Source: Candidatus Woesearchaeota archaeon (lineage in GTDB: Archaea; Nanobdellota; Nanobdellia; Woesearchaeales; GW2011-AR4). Taken from it: 33,441 bases of DNA. Made by a program: the position numbers and the translations under genes. Each line of letters begins with the position of its first letter. Position 1 is the first letter of the stretch. The DNA lies in NCBI GenBank assembly GCA_016185955.1, contig JACPMQ010000071.1, positions 1 to 33,441 on the forward strand, read 5' to 3'. Below, one piece after another: positions 9,488 through 17,301 of the stretch. The notes under the pieces are model-generated. The model did no database searches. It saw only the letters and a list, made by a program, of their open reading frames with translations, and was not told the origin of the DNA.

Positions 9488-10903
9488 ATGTCTGTTTGGA
9501 AGAATATTTTAAGCAATTTGCCTGAAGTTGAGGGACCTTCACAGAAATTTCTTTCATTCAAGGAGAAGCTAAAATGGACTTTAATTGTCCTTATTATTTT
9601 TTACATTTTAGGATTAATGCCACTGTTTGGATTAGGTGTTAATGCATTGCAGAGATTCGAGACTTTGTCTATAATTTTAGGGGCAGAGTTTGGAAGCATA
9701 ATAAGTTTAGGCATAGGGCCTATTGTCACTGCATCCATAATATTGCAGTTGCTTAATGGCTCCGGCATTCTTAAGTTTGATCTCACACAGCCAGAAGGAA
9801 AAAAGACATTTCAAGGGACGCAGAAATTGCTGTCAATATTCTTCATAATATTTGAGGCAGCCATATATGTGCTAATGGGCGGGCTTTCGCCTCCAGCAGA
9901 ATTTAAGGGAATGCCAATTTATACAGAACTCCAGTTAGTCCTTATCTTTCAGCTTTTTTTAGGAGGCATAATGATTTTATTTATGGATGAAGTTGTAAGC
10001 AAATGGGGCTTTGGCTCTGGAATAAGCCTGTTTATAGCCGCTGGAGTAAGCAAGGGCATTTTTGTGCAGGCATTTAATTGGCTTCCAGGGCCGACAGGAC
10101 TTGCAGGAGTTACTTATTCAGCTGGAGCAGTTCCTGCACTTTTTCAAAGCTTAATAGCAGGAGATCCTACAACAGCAGGAATAATGTTAGCCACTTTGTT
10201 ATCTACTGTATTAGTCTTTGTGCTTGCGGTTTATGCGCAATCTATGAAAGTTGAAATTCCATTGTCTTTTGGAATGGTGAGAGGGCACGGCATAAGATGG
10301 CCCTTATCCTTTATGTACACTTCAAACATACCTGTTATATTAGTAGCTGCACTAATTGCAAACTTCCAGCTTTTAGGCGGATTTTTGCAAAATGTTGGCT
10401 TTCCCATATTGGGAAGATTTAGCGAAGCTACTCAGCAACCAATTTCCGGATTTGTTTACTGGCTGCAAAGCCCGAATATTATAAGATCGATAATTGAGCA
10501 GCATACACTGTTTATAGGAGCACCCCAATACCTGCAAGCTTTGTTTTATATAGCATTCTTAATGGCTGGCTCTATGGTATTCAGTATTTTTTGGGTGCAA
10601 ACTGCCGGGATGGATGCCAGAAGCCAAGCAAAACAGATGATGGCTTCCGGATTGCAAATACCTGGATTTAGAAGAGATGAAAGAGTGCTTGAAAGATTGC
10701 TTAACAGATACATCTGGCCCTTAACAATAATGGGCGGCATATCTGTTGGCTTATTGGCAGGCATTGCTGATATCACAGGAACTTTAAGCAGAGGCACTGG
10801 AATTTTACTTACTGTCATGATTGTCTACAAGCTTTATGAAGATATATCGAAACAGCATATGATGGATATGAATCCCATGATGCGGAAATTTATTGGAGCT
10901 TAA
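9488..10903 (+). CDS. secY: Preprotein translocase subunit SecY
   Basis: 471-aa polytopic membrane protein in the conserved position after uL15. SecY-like segments include GIGPIVTASIILQLL and SNIPVILVAALI. Confidence 0.93.
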   Translation: MSVWKNILSNLPEVEGPSQKFLSFKEKLKWTLIVLIIFYILGLMPLFGLGVNALQRFETLSIILGAEFGSIISLGIGPIVTASIILQLLNGSGILKFDLTQPEGKKTFQGTQKLLSIFFIIFEAAIYVLMGGLSPPAEFKGMPIYTELQLVLIFQLFLGGIMILFMDEVVSKWGFGSGISLFIAAGVSKGIFVQAFNWLPGPTGLAGVTYSAGAVPALFQSLIAGDPTTAGIMLATLLSTVLVFVLAVYAQSMKVEIPLSFGMVRGHGIRWPLSFMYTSNIPVILVAALIANFQLLGGFLQNVGFPILGRFSEATQQPISGFVYWLQSPNIIRSIIEQHTLFIGAPQYLQALFYIAFLMAGSMVFSIFWVQTAGMDARSQAKQMMASGLQIPGFRRDERVLERLLNRYIWPLTIMGGISVGLLAGIADITGTLSRGTGILLTVMIVYKLYEDISKQHMMDMNPMMRKFIGA

Positions 10904-10904
10904 A

Positions 10905-11654
10905 ATGGTTTTTGAAAATTTATTAAACCCTGTTTTTTCCCCATTGCTAAAATTGCCTACTCTCCTAGCTGTCACGCTGCTTTCTTTTTTAGTATCGCTA
11001 ATGGTCACTTTGATTTATAAGTACACCACTGACCAGAGCCTTATGAAACAGCTAAAAGATGAAATGAAAGGCTACCAGAAACAGATTAAGGAATTAAGAA
11101 AAGAGCCTGAAAAGGCAATGCAAGTGCAAAAAAAGGCAATGCAAACCAACATGAAATATATGATGAATTCCATGAAAAGCACGCTGTTTTCTTTTCTTCC
11201 GATTATAATTATTTTTAGCTGGATGAATGCAAACTTCGCATACGAGCCAATAAATCCAGAAAAAGATTTTACAGCAACTGTTACTTTTGCAGATAATGCC
11301 CAAGGAATCATAGAATTAAGCGTGCCTGAAGGGATTAAAATAAATGGAAATGGTACTCAAGAAATTAAAAACGGCATGGCCAAATGGGTTTTAAATGGCA
11401 AAGAGGGCAATTATCTTCTCGAATACAAATTCGACGGAAAAACATATGCCCATGAAGTTCTAATAACAAAAAAAAATGAGTATATCAATCCGGTAAAGAA
11501 AATTGCAGATGCTAATATAAAAACAATAGAAATTGAGCATAAAGCCAAAAAGCTGCTGCCCTTATTCCGATGGAAAATAGGATGGCTTGGAACTTACATA
11601 ATTTTCTCAATAATATTCAGCATTGTAGTTAGGAAGATTATTAAGGTGTACTAA
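10905..11654 (+). CDS. DUF106 / Oxa1-YidC-like membrane insertase homologue with an extra soluble segment
   Basis: TM, coiled-coil (MKQLKDEMKGYQKQIKELRKEPEKAMQVQKKAMQ) and TM architecture, located after secY as DUF106 genes are in many archaea. A roughly 110-aa non-membrane stretch precedes the last TM. ATG at 10905. Confidence 0.55.
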   Translation: MVFENLLNPVFSPLLKLPTLLAVTLLSFLVSLMVTLIYKYTTDQSLMKQLKDEMKGYQKQIKELRKEPEKAMQVQKKAMQTNMKYMMNSMKSTLFSFLPIIIIFSWMNANFAYEPINPEKDFTATVTFADNAQGIIELSVPEGIKINGNGTQEIKNGMAKWVLNGKEGNYLLEYKFDGKTYAHEVLITKKNEYINPVKKIADANIKTIEIEHKAKKLLPLFRWKIGWLGTYIIFSIIFSIVVRKIIKVY

Positions 11655-11657
11655 ATC

Positions 11658-11692
11658 AAAAATTCCACCAGTCTATGATTGGCGGAATTTTT
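11658..11692. repeat. F1 hairpin copy a (AAAAATTCCACCA / TGGCGGAATTTTT, loop GTCTATGAT)
   Basis: 12 of 13 arm positions pair. The hairpin has an A-run on the 5' side and a T-run on the 3' side, and starts 4 nt after the stop of the upstream gene. The sequence, loop included, closely resembles the copy at 20345-20385. Confidence 0.8.
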
Positions 11693-11707
11693 GCAGTGAC
11701 AGCAATG

Positions 11708-11717
11708 TTTTTATATT
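11708..11717 (+). promoter_or_regulatory. TATA-like box (TTTTTATATT) upstream of the tRNA gene
   Basis: AT-rich box centred about 30 nt upstream of the tRNA 5' end at 11744. Judged by position only. Confidence 0.4.
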
Positions 11718-11743
11718 CTCTGTTCTTCGCAACATTGCTTATA

Positions 11744-11853
11744 GGGCCTGTGGTCTAGTGTCCTTAAGGCTAGAAGCTATGACGTCGCCTCGACATTAAG
11801 CATCGGCTTTATCGCAACGGCGAAGTTCGAGTGTTCAAATCACTCCAGGCCCA
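11744..11853 (+). tRNA. tRNA gene, 110 nt, with about 36 nt of extra sequence (D region and anticodon region); isotype unresolved
   Basis: Acceptor stem GGGCCTG/CAGGCCC with discriminator A. T8, A14 and G15 are present. The T arm is GAGTG-TTCAAAT-CACTC preceded by variable loop AGTTC. The candidate anticodon stem TCGCC/GGCGA encloses 29 nt, and the candidate D stem GTC/GAC encloses 25 nt. Confidence 0.8.
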
Positions 11854-11856
11854 TTT

Positions 11857-11891
11857 AACACTAAAAATCTGCAAGGCAGATTTTTAGTGTT
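11857..11891. repeat. F2 hairpin copy a (AACACTAAAAATCTGC-AAG-GCAGATTTTTAGTGTT)
   Basis: Perfect 16-bp inverted repeat with a 3-nt loop, 4 nt after the tRNA 3' end. Confidence 0.85.
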
Positions 11892-11919
11892 TTGCAATAA
11901 CTATCCATTTTTAAATAAA

Positions 11920-12993
11920 ATGAATTCAGAACTATACCAAAAAACATTTTTTACTATAATCTTTCTAGCACTTATAGCTGTATCATTCCTAATCGTAAAG
12001 CCGTTTTTTACTGCTGTTGTAGCAGGAATAATTATGTCTTATATCTTCCATCCTTTGTATAGGGTAATCCACAAAAAAATTTCAAACAAAAATATTGCTT
12101 CATCCATTACCTCAATAATGGTTGTCCTGATAATAACTTTGCCTTTGTTCTTCATTCTCGATACAATATCAAAAGACGCTTATACTACCTATTTGCTTTC
12201 AAAGCAGAAATCTGTAAGCATTCAGTTTACAGACAACTGCCAGCCTGCTGAAAAAATTGTATGCAAAATAACAAGCTCTCTTGCAGCCATGCTTAATAAG
12301 CCTCAGGTAAAATATTATGTTGACACAATAATCAAGGATTTTACAAATAAAATTACGGAAAACATTTCGGGTTTATTGCTCTCAATACCCTTTTTCCTGA
12401 TGAATGTCTTTATTATGCTATTCGTCATGTTCTTTATCTTTAGGGATGCTTATATACTCCTTGATAAGCTTGAAAGGATACTGCCTTTAAAGAGCAAATA
12501 CCGAAAGCATGTGTTTAAAAGATTGAATGATATGGCTCATGCAGTAATCTATGGTAGCATAATAATTGCAATCGTCCAAGGAATTTTAGGAGGCATGGGA
12601 TTTCTTATATTTGGGCTTCCATCTCCCCTGCTTTGGGGAGTGGTCATGATTTTTGCATCATTAATTCCTTATGTAGGCTCTTCAATTATTTGGTTTCCGG
12701 CAGCTCTAACGCTTATATTAGATGGTTATGTTAACTTCAAAACTGTTTTGATAATAAAGGGTTTGTTGCTCATCTTATATGGAATTTTTGTAGTTGGCAC
12801 AATGGACAACATATTAAAGCCAAAGATAATAGGCAGCAGATCTGGTTTGCACCCAGTTCTCGTGCTGCTTGGCGTTGTCGGCGGCTTAAAGTTATTTGGC
12901 TTTATCGGCATAGTAGTTGGTCCGATAACCCTCTCAATGCTTGTTGCCTTTATTAAGATATATGAAGAGGAAAAAAATAAGACTAAAAGCTGA
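11920..12993 (+). CDS. AI-2E family (PerM/UPF0118) transporter
   Basis: Polytopic membrane protein whose C-terminal half is typical of the family (AVIYGSIIIAIVQGILGG..., IPYVGSSIIWFPAAL, KPKIIGSRSGLHPVLVLLGVVGG). I chose the ATG at 11920; a GTG at 11887 inside the F2 hairpin is an alternative. Confidence 0.72.
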   Translation: MNSELYQKTFFTIIFLALIAVSFLIVKPFFTAVVAGIIMSYIFHPLYRVIHKKISNKNIASSITSIMVVLIITLPLFFILDTISKDAYTTYLLSKQKSVSIQFTDNCQPAEKIVCKITSSLAAMLNKPQVKYYVDTIIKDFTNKITENISGLLLSIPFFLMNVFIMLFVMFFIFRDAYILLDKLERILPLKSKYRKHVFKRLNDMAHAVIYGSIIIAIVQGILGGMGFLIFGLPSPLLWGVVMIFASLIPYVGSSIIWFPAALTLILDGYVNFKTVLIIKGLLLILYGIFVVGTMDNILKPKIIGSRSGLHPVLVLLGVVGGLKLFGFIGIVVGPITLSMLVAFIKIYEEEKNKTKS

Positions 12994-13006
12994 TTGGCAG
13001 AGAATA

Positions 13007-14512
13007 ATGAAATTAAAAGTTAAAGATATAGATATAGCAACCGGCGGACCATTAGTTGTAATCCTAAATCGGGAAGATGCAATGAAGTTTGACATTCACT
13101 CTTTAGACAGAATAAAGGTAATAAAAGGAAATAAGTTTGAAACCGTTGTTGCAGATATAGCAACCAGTTCAAAAACAGTTTCTCCGGGAAAAATAGGTGT
13201 CTATGAGGAAGTTCTAAGCTCATTGAATTTAAAGAATAATGATAAGGTTAGCATACATCTTGCGAGAAAGCCGCTTTCTATAAACTTCATAAAGAAAAAG
13301 CTTGACGGAAAAAGGCTAAACAAGAAGGAAATTGACCAGATTGTATGGGATATTGTGCATAACAAGCTAAGCGAATCAGAGCTTACATTTTTTGTTGCTG
13401 CGTGCTATACAAACCTAATGTCAATCAATGAAACTATAATGCTCACAAAATCTATGGCTAGACATGGAAGCATTTTAAAGCTAAATAATCTAAATAAGCA
13501 TCCTGTAATAGACAAGCACTGTATTGGAGGCATTCCTGGCAACAGGACAACTATGGTTTTAGTTCCGATTATAGCTTCTATGGGCATTACAATACCAAAA
13601 ACCTCAAGCAGATCAATAACAAGCCCGGCAGGCACTGCAGATGCAATGGAGGTTTTAGCGCAAGTGACATTCCCGATAAAAGAAATGAAGCGGATTATAG
13701 AAAAAACCAATGGCTGCATTGTGTGGGGCGGTTCCTTAAATTTAGCTCCTGCTGATGATAAAATCATAAATGTGGAAAAAACCCTTGAGATTGACGCTGA
13801 AAGCCAGCTCTTAGCGTCTATTATGGCAAAAAAATATTCTGTTTCAAGCACCCATATACTTATTGACATTCCGGTTGGCAGAGGAACAAAAGTGGAAAAT
13901 GCGGTGCAAGCTAAAAGATTGAAGAAAGACTTCGAGATGATAGGAAAAAGGCTAAGGAAGCATATTAAAGTCATAATCACGAAGGGCAATGAGCCTATAG
14001 GCAATGGAATTGGTCCTGCATTAGAAGCAAGGGATGTTTTATGGATTCTCAGCCGCGATAAAAGAAAGCCTATTGACTTGGAAAGGAAATGTGTTTCAAT
14101 GGCATGCGAAATTTTGAATATGCTCAAAATTAAAAATTGCGAAAGCAAGGTTATGGAAACACTAAACTCTGGAAGAGCTTATGATAAAATGAAGGGAATA
14201 ATAAAAGCCCAAAACGGCAATATCTTCGATGCAGATAAAATAAGCATTGGCAGATTTAAATTTGATGTCAAAGCTTCTAAAAAGGGCATTATCACAAAAA
14301 TAAGCAATAAAGATATATCAAAAATAGCAAGGATTGCCGGAGCTCCTGCCAACAAAGGCGCTGGAATATATTTGCATAAGCATGTTAAGGACAAGGTAAA
14401 GAAAAATGAAACGCTTTTTACAATCTATTCTGAAAGCAGGCAGAAGCTTATTTTTGCCAAAGAGGCTGCGAAAGAGATAGATGCACTTACCATACAAAAT
14501 TCGCATTGGTGA
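13007..14512 (+). CDS. AMP phosphorylase / thymidine phosphorylase family enzyme
   Basis: About 500 aa. It has the archaeal AMPpase-type N-terminal domain (MKLKVKDIDIATGGPLVVILNREDA) and glycosyltransferase family 3 motifs (DKHCIGGIPGNRTT, SRSITSPAGTAD). ATG at 13007 follows the upstream stop. Confidence 0.8.
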   Translation: MKLKVKDIDIATGGPLVVILNREDAMKFDIHSLDRIKVIKGNKFETVVADIATSSKTVSPGKIGVYEEVLSSLNLKNNDKVSIHLARKPLSINFIKKKLDGKRLNKKEIDQIVWDIVHNKLSESELTFFVAACYTNLMSINETIMLTKSMARHGSILKLNNLNKHPVIDKHCIGGIPGNRTTMVLVPIIASMGITIPKTSSRSITSPAGTADAMEVLAQVTFPIKEMKRIIEKTNGCIVWGGSLNLAPADDKIINVEKTLEIDAESQLLASIMAKKYSVSSTHILIDIPVGRGTKVENAVQAKRLKKDFEMIGKRLRKHIKVIITKGNEPIGNGIGPALEARDVLWILSRDKRKPIDLERKCVSMACEILNMLKIKNCESKVMETLNSGRAYDKMKGIIKAQNGNIFDADKISIGRFKFDVKASKKGIITKISNKDISKIARIAGAPANKGAGIYLHKHVKDKVKKNETLFTIYSESRQKLIFAKEAAKEIDALTIQNSHW

Positions 14513-14518
14513 GCTGTT

Positions 14519-14552
14519 AAATATTCCACCATTCGCGAATGGTGGAATTTTT
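14519..14552. repeat. F1 hairpin copy b (ATTCCACCATTCG|CGAATGGTGGAAT perfect palindrome)
   Basis: 14523-14548 is a perfect 26-nt palindrome, with further pairing outside one mismatch and A/T runs on both sides. It lies between convergent genes and overlaps the purH stop codon at 14551-14553. Confidence 0.85.
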
Positions 14553-16080
14553 AATGCCTGAAAAGCCTTATCCCTGTAAAGACCATTGCCATATTATGCT
14601 CATCAACAGCTTCTATCACTTCTTTGTCCCTTATCGAGCCGCCTGGCTGTATTATTGCAGTAATTCCTGCTTTTGCAGCCTCATCAATTCCATCTCTAAA
14701 AGGGAAGTATGCATCAGAAGCCATCACTGCATTTTTTGTCTTTTCTTTTGCTTTTGAAATGGCAATCTTAACTGCATCTACTCTTGACATCTGGCCGGCG
14801 CCAATGCCAACTGTTGCATTGCCTTTAGCCAAAACAATTGAATTGGACTTAACGTGCTTGTTGACCTTAAATGCAAACAGCATTGTTTTTATCTCTTCTT
14901 TTGTCGGCTTTCTTTTACCGACGATTTTTAAGTTTTTTTCCTTTATGTCGGGATATTCTCTTGTTTGCATTAATAATCCGCCAACAACCTTTTTTAGCTC
15001 ATATCCTTCTAAGCTTTTTGTTGCATTTCCGGTTTCCAAAAGCCTTATGTTCTTCTTTTTCTTTAAAATTAAAAGCGCATCTTTCTCAAATTTAGGGCAT
15101 GCAATTATTTCCACAAATAACGGGCTTATTACTTTTGTAATCTCAATATTGCATGGGCGATTTAACGCTATGACGCATCCAAATGCTGATAAAGGATCAG
15201 CTTCATAAGCCATTTTGAATGCATCTTCTATTTTATTCGCAATTGCTGCTCCACTGGGATTGGTATGCTTTACAATGACAGCAGCAGGCTCATTAAATTC
15301 CTTTACAAGCTCAAATGCATTATCAACATCAAGTATGTTATTGAATGAAAGCTGTTTTCCGTGCAATTGCTTTGCATTTCCAGCACAGCTCTCGTATACA
15401 AACTGCTCCTTATAGAAGGCAGCCTTTTGATGAGGGTTTTCTCCATACCTTAAATCCTGCATTTTCTTAAAAGTTAAGTTTAATATATCCGGAAATTCAT
15501 TTTTTCCAAAAGATTTGTTAAGATACTGATTTATTGTTGCGTCATATCTTGCGCTATGCGCAAAAGCCTTTAATGCCAGCTCATCCCTTAAGCTTTTGCT
15601 TATTCCTCCTTTTTTTAGCTCTTCTATAACGCGCTTATAGTCATCTGGCTCAATAATTACTGCAACAAACTCATGATTTTTTGCAGCAGCCCTTAGCATT
15701 GAAACTCCACCTATATCAATATTTTCAATTGCTTCTGCAAAACTGGCATTTTTTGCTACTGTTTCCTCGAACGGGTATAAATTAACAGCAACAATATCTA
15801 TAGCATCTATTTTATTGTTTTTTAATTCTTGGAGATGTTTTTTATTGTTCCTTAATGCTAAAATGCCTGCATAAATCTTCGGATGCAGGCTTTTTACTCT
15901 TCCATCTAACATTTCTTTGCTTTTTGTGTAATCAGAGACAAGAGTTATAGGAATCTTATTTTCTTTCAGCAGCTTTGCAGTTCCTCCTGTTGACAATATT
16001 TTTATTCCTAATTTATGCAATTCTTTTGCGAATTCTACTATACCTCTCTTATTTGAGACAGATATTAATGCGGTTTTCAT
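14551..16080 (-). CDS. purH: Bifunctional AICAR transformylase / IMP cyclohydrolase
   Basis: 509 aa. N-terminal MGS-like domain ALISVSNKRGIVEFAKELHKLGIKILSTGGTAKLL, and C-terminal AICARFT region ending FRH. Confidence 0.9.
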   Translation of the reverse strand: MKTALISVSNKRGIVEFAKELHKLGIKILSTGGTAKLLKENKIPITLVSDYTKSKEMLDGRVKSLHPKIYAGILALRNNKKHLQELKNNKIDAIDIVAVNLYPFEETVAKNASFAEAIENIDIGGVSMLRAAAKNHEFVAVIIEPDDYKRVIEELKKGGISKSLRDELALKAFAHSARYDATINQYLNKSFGKNEFPDILNLTFKKMQDLRYGENPHQKAAFYKEQFVYESCAGNAKQLHGKQLSFNNILDVDNAFELVKEFNEPAAVIVKHTNPSGAAIANKIEDAFKMAYEADPLSAFGCVIALNRPCNIEITKVISPLFVEIIACPKFEKDALLILKKKKNIRLLETGNATKSLEGYELKKVVGGLLMQTREYPDIKEKNLKIVGKRKPTKEEIKTMLFAFKVNKHVKSNSIVLAKGNATVGIGAGQMSRVDAVKIAISKAKEKTKNAVMASDAYFPFRDGIDEAAKAGITAIIQPGGSIRDKEVIEAVDEHNMAMVFTGIRLFRH

Positions 16081-16081
16081 G

Positions 16082-16693
16082 CTATTCCAAAATTTCTGCT
16101 TTGCTGTTTTTTACTACTATTTTGCTTTCGCCAAATAATTTTATTCCCTTAATTATAATTTCCTGCTCTGCTTTCTGCACTTTTTCCTTTAAGCTCCCTG
16201 CAGTCTCATTTTTATCAATATTAACTTTTTTTTGCAGTATTATTGGCCCTGAATCAACATTTTCATCGACAAAATGCAATGTGCAACCAGTAAATTTAAT
16301 TCCTGATTTTAAAACAGCTGCATGCACATCCATGTCCATGCTACCGGCAAAATCCGGCAGTAAAGAAGGATGTATATTCATCAGCCTGTTTTTCCATTTG
16401 GTTACAAAACTATTGCTTAAAATTCTCATGTAGCCTATAAGCAGCACTAAATCAACATTATGCTTATCAAGAACTTTATTCACTTCATTATCAAATTCTT
16501 CTCTTTTTAGTCCTTTTGGATTTACAAAAACAGCATCTATATTATGCTTTCTTGCTCTTTCAAGAGCATAGGCATCTTCTTTGTTGCTTATAACAATAGA
16601 AATCCTCGCATCTAATTTTTTGGATTCTATGGCATCAATTATAGCCTGCATATCTGTTGCCCTTGTAGAAGCCAAAATTCCCAGCTTAATCAC
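16082..16693 (-). CDS. purN: Phosphoribosylglycinamide formyltransferase
   Basis: LGILASTRATDMQAIIDAI..., GYMRIL...NIHPSLLP.F.G and GCTLHFVD...DSGPII are PurN formyltransferase motifs. GTG start. Confidence 0.88.
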   Translation of the reverse strand: MIKLGILASTRATDMQAIIDAIESKKLDARISIVISNKEDAYALERARKHNIDAVFVNPKGLKREEFDNEVNKVLDKHNVDLVLLIGYMRILSNSFVTKWKNRLMNIHPSLLPDFAGSMDMDVHAAVLKSGIKFTGCTLHFVDENVDSGPIILQKKVNIDKNETAGSLKEKVQKAEQEIIIKGIKLFGESKIVVKNSKAEILE

Positions 16694-16819
16694 AAAACCA
16701 CCGGTAAGAAAAAGAATATAGGGGTGTTTATAAATTTATGTTTTAAATAGGAAACATTTTACTATGCCTTTTTTGCATCTTTTTGAGAAGCTTTTTTCCG
16801 AATGGTTTATATATAAATC

Positions 16820-16859
16820 AAAACACTAAAAAATCTGCAAGACATATTTTTAGTGTTTT
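16820..16859. repeat. F2 hairpin copy b (degenerate inner stem)
   Basis: AAAACACTAAAAAATCTGCAAGACATATTTTTAGTGTTTT. The outer 13 bp pair and the inner part has diverged from copies a and c. Confidence 0.75.
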
Positions 16860-16873
16860 GCGGTGGAATTTTT
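16860..16873. repeat. F1 half-site (3' arm only, GCGGTGGAATTTTT)
   Basis: Matches the 3' arm of F1 copy f, but no 5' arm is present. It directly abuts F2 copy b. Confidence 0.6.
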
Positions 16874-16877
16874 ATAG
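16868..16877 (+). promoter_or_regulatory. TATA-like box (ATTTTTATAG) upstream of the BCCP gene
   Basis: Centred about 29 nt upstream of the ATG at 16902, formed by the T-run of the F1 half-site. Position-based guess, consistent with a leaderless or short-leader mRNA. Confidence 0.35.
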
Positions 16878-16901
16878 TTAGTTATACAACAAATTTTGAA
16901 A

Positions 16902-17291
16902 ATGGAGGATTTGACAATAAAAGTTGATGGTAAGGAATACAATGTTAAGGTAGAAGAGACAGAAGACGGCAGAATTTTAGTGCATTGCAACGGCGATGTT
17001 TATGAAATTCAGACAACTGGAAGCAAAGAAACATCAATTTTCAACAGAACTAAGAAAAAGAGCATAGAGGAAACCGGAAAATGCGCTGTTACAGCTCCGC
17101 TTCCTGGAACAATTTATGAAGTAAGGGTAAAGCCCAATGATATTGTTAAAGAAGGCGATTTATTAATAAAGCTTGTAGCCATGAAAATGGAAAATGATAT
17201 AATTGCGCCTAAAGGTGGAATTATAAAAGAGGTCAATGTCAAAAAGAACGATAATGTTAATAAGGATGATATTCTCCTTATTATAGAGTGA
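16902..17291 (+). CDS. Biotin carboxyl carrier protein (biotinyl/lipoyl domain)
   Basis: The C-terminal 70 aa form a biotinyl domain with the biotinylation motif VAMKME (canonical AMKM) followed by IIAPKGGIIKEV. ATG at 16902; the TTG at 16896 is the ORF-track start. Confidence 0.8.
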   Translation: MEDLTIKVDGKEYNVKVEETEDGRILVHCNGDVYEIQTTGSKETSIFNRTKKKSIEETGKCAVTAPLPGTIYEVRVKPNDIVKEGDLLIKLVAMKMENDIIAPKGGIIKEVNVKKNDNVNKDDILLIIE

Positions 17292-17301
17292 TTAGAGGAA
17301 T

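Noticed and set aside
13405-14148. 247-aa minus-strand ORF antisense to the AMP phosphorylase gene
   Set aside because: It has no recognisable motifs and lies fully inside a strongly supported plus-strand gene. It is an antisense artefact.
14624-15208. 194-aa plus-strand ORF (plus 14539-14757, 14871-15095, 15215-15415, 15975-16433) antisense to purH/purN
   Set aside because: All are embedded in strongly supported minus-strand genes and have hydrophobic low-complexity translations.
17195-17226. Palindrome TATAATTGCGCC-TAAA-GGTGGAATTATA inside the BCCP gene, containing GGTGGAA
   Set aside because: It encodes the conserved biotinyl-domain segment (DIIAPKGGIIKE), and most of the pairing is AT-only. 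It is probably a coincidence rather than an inserted F1 copy.
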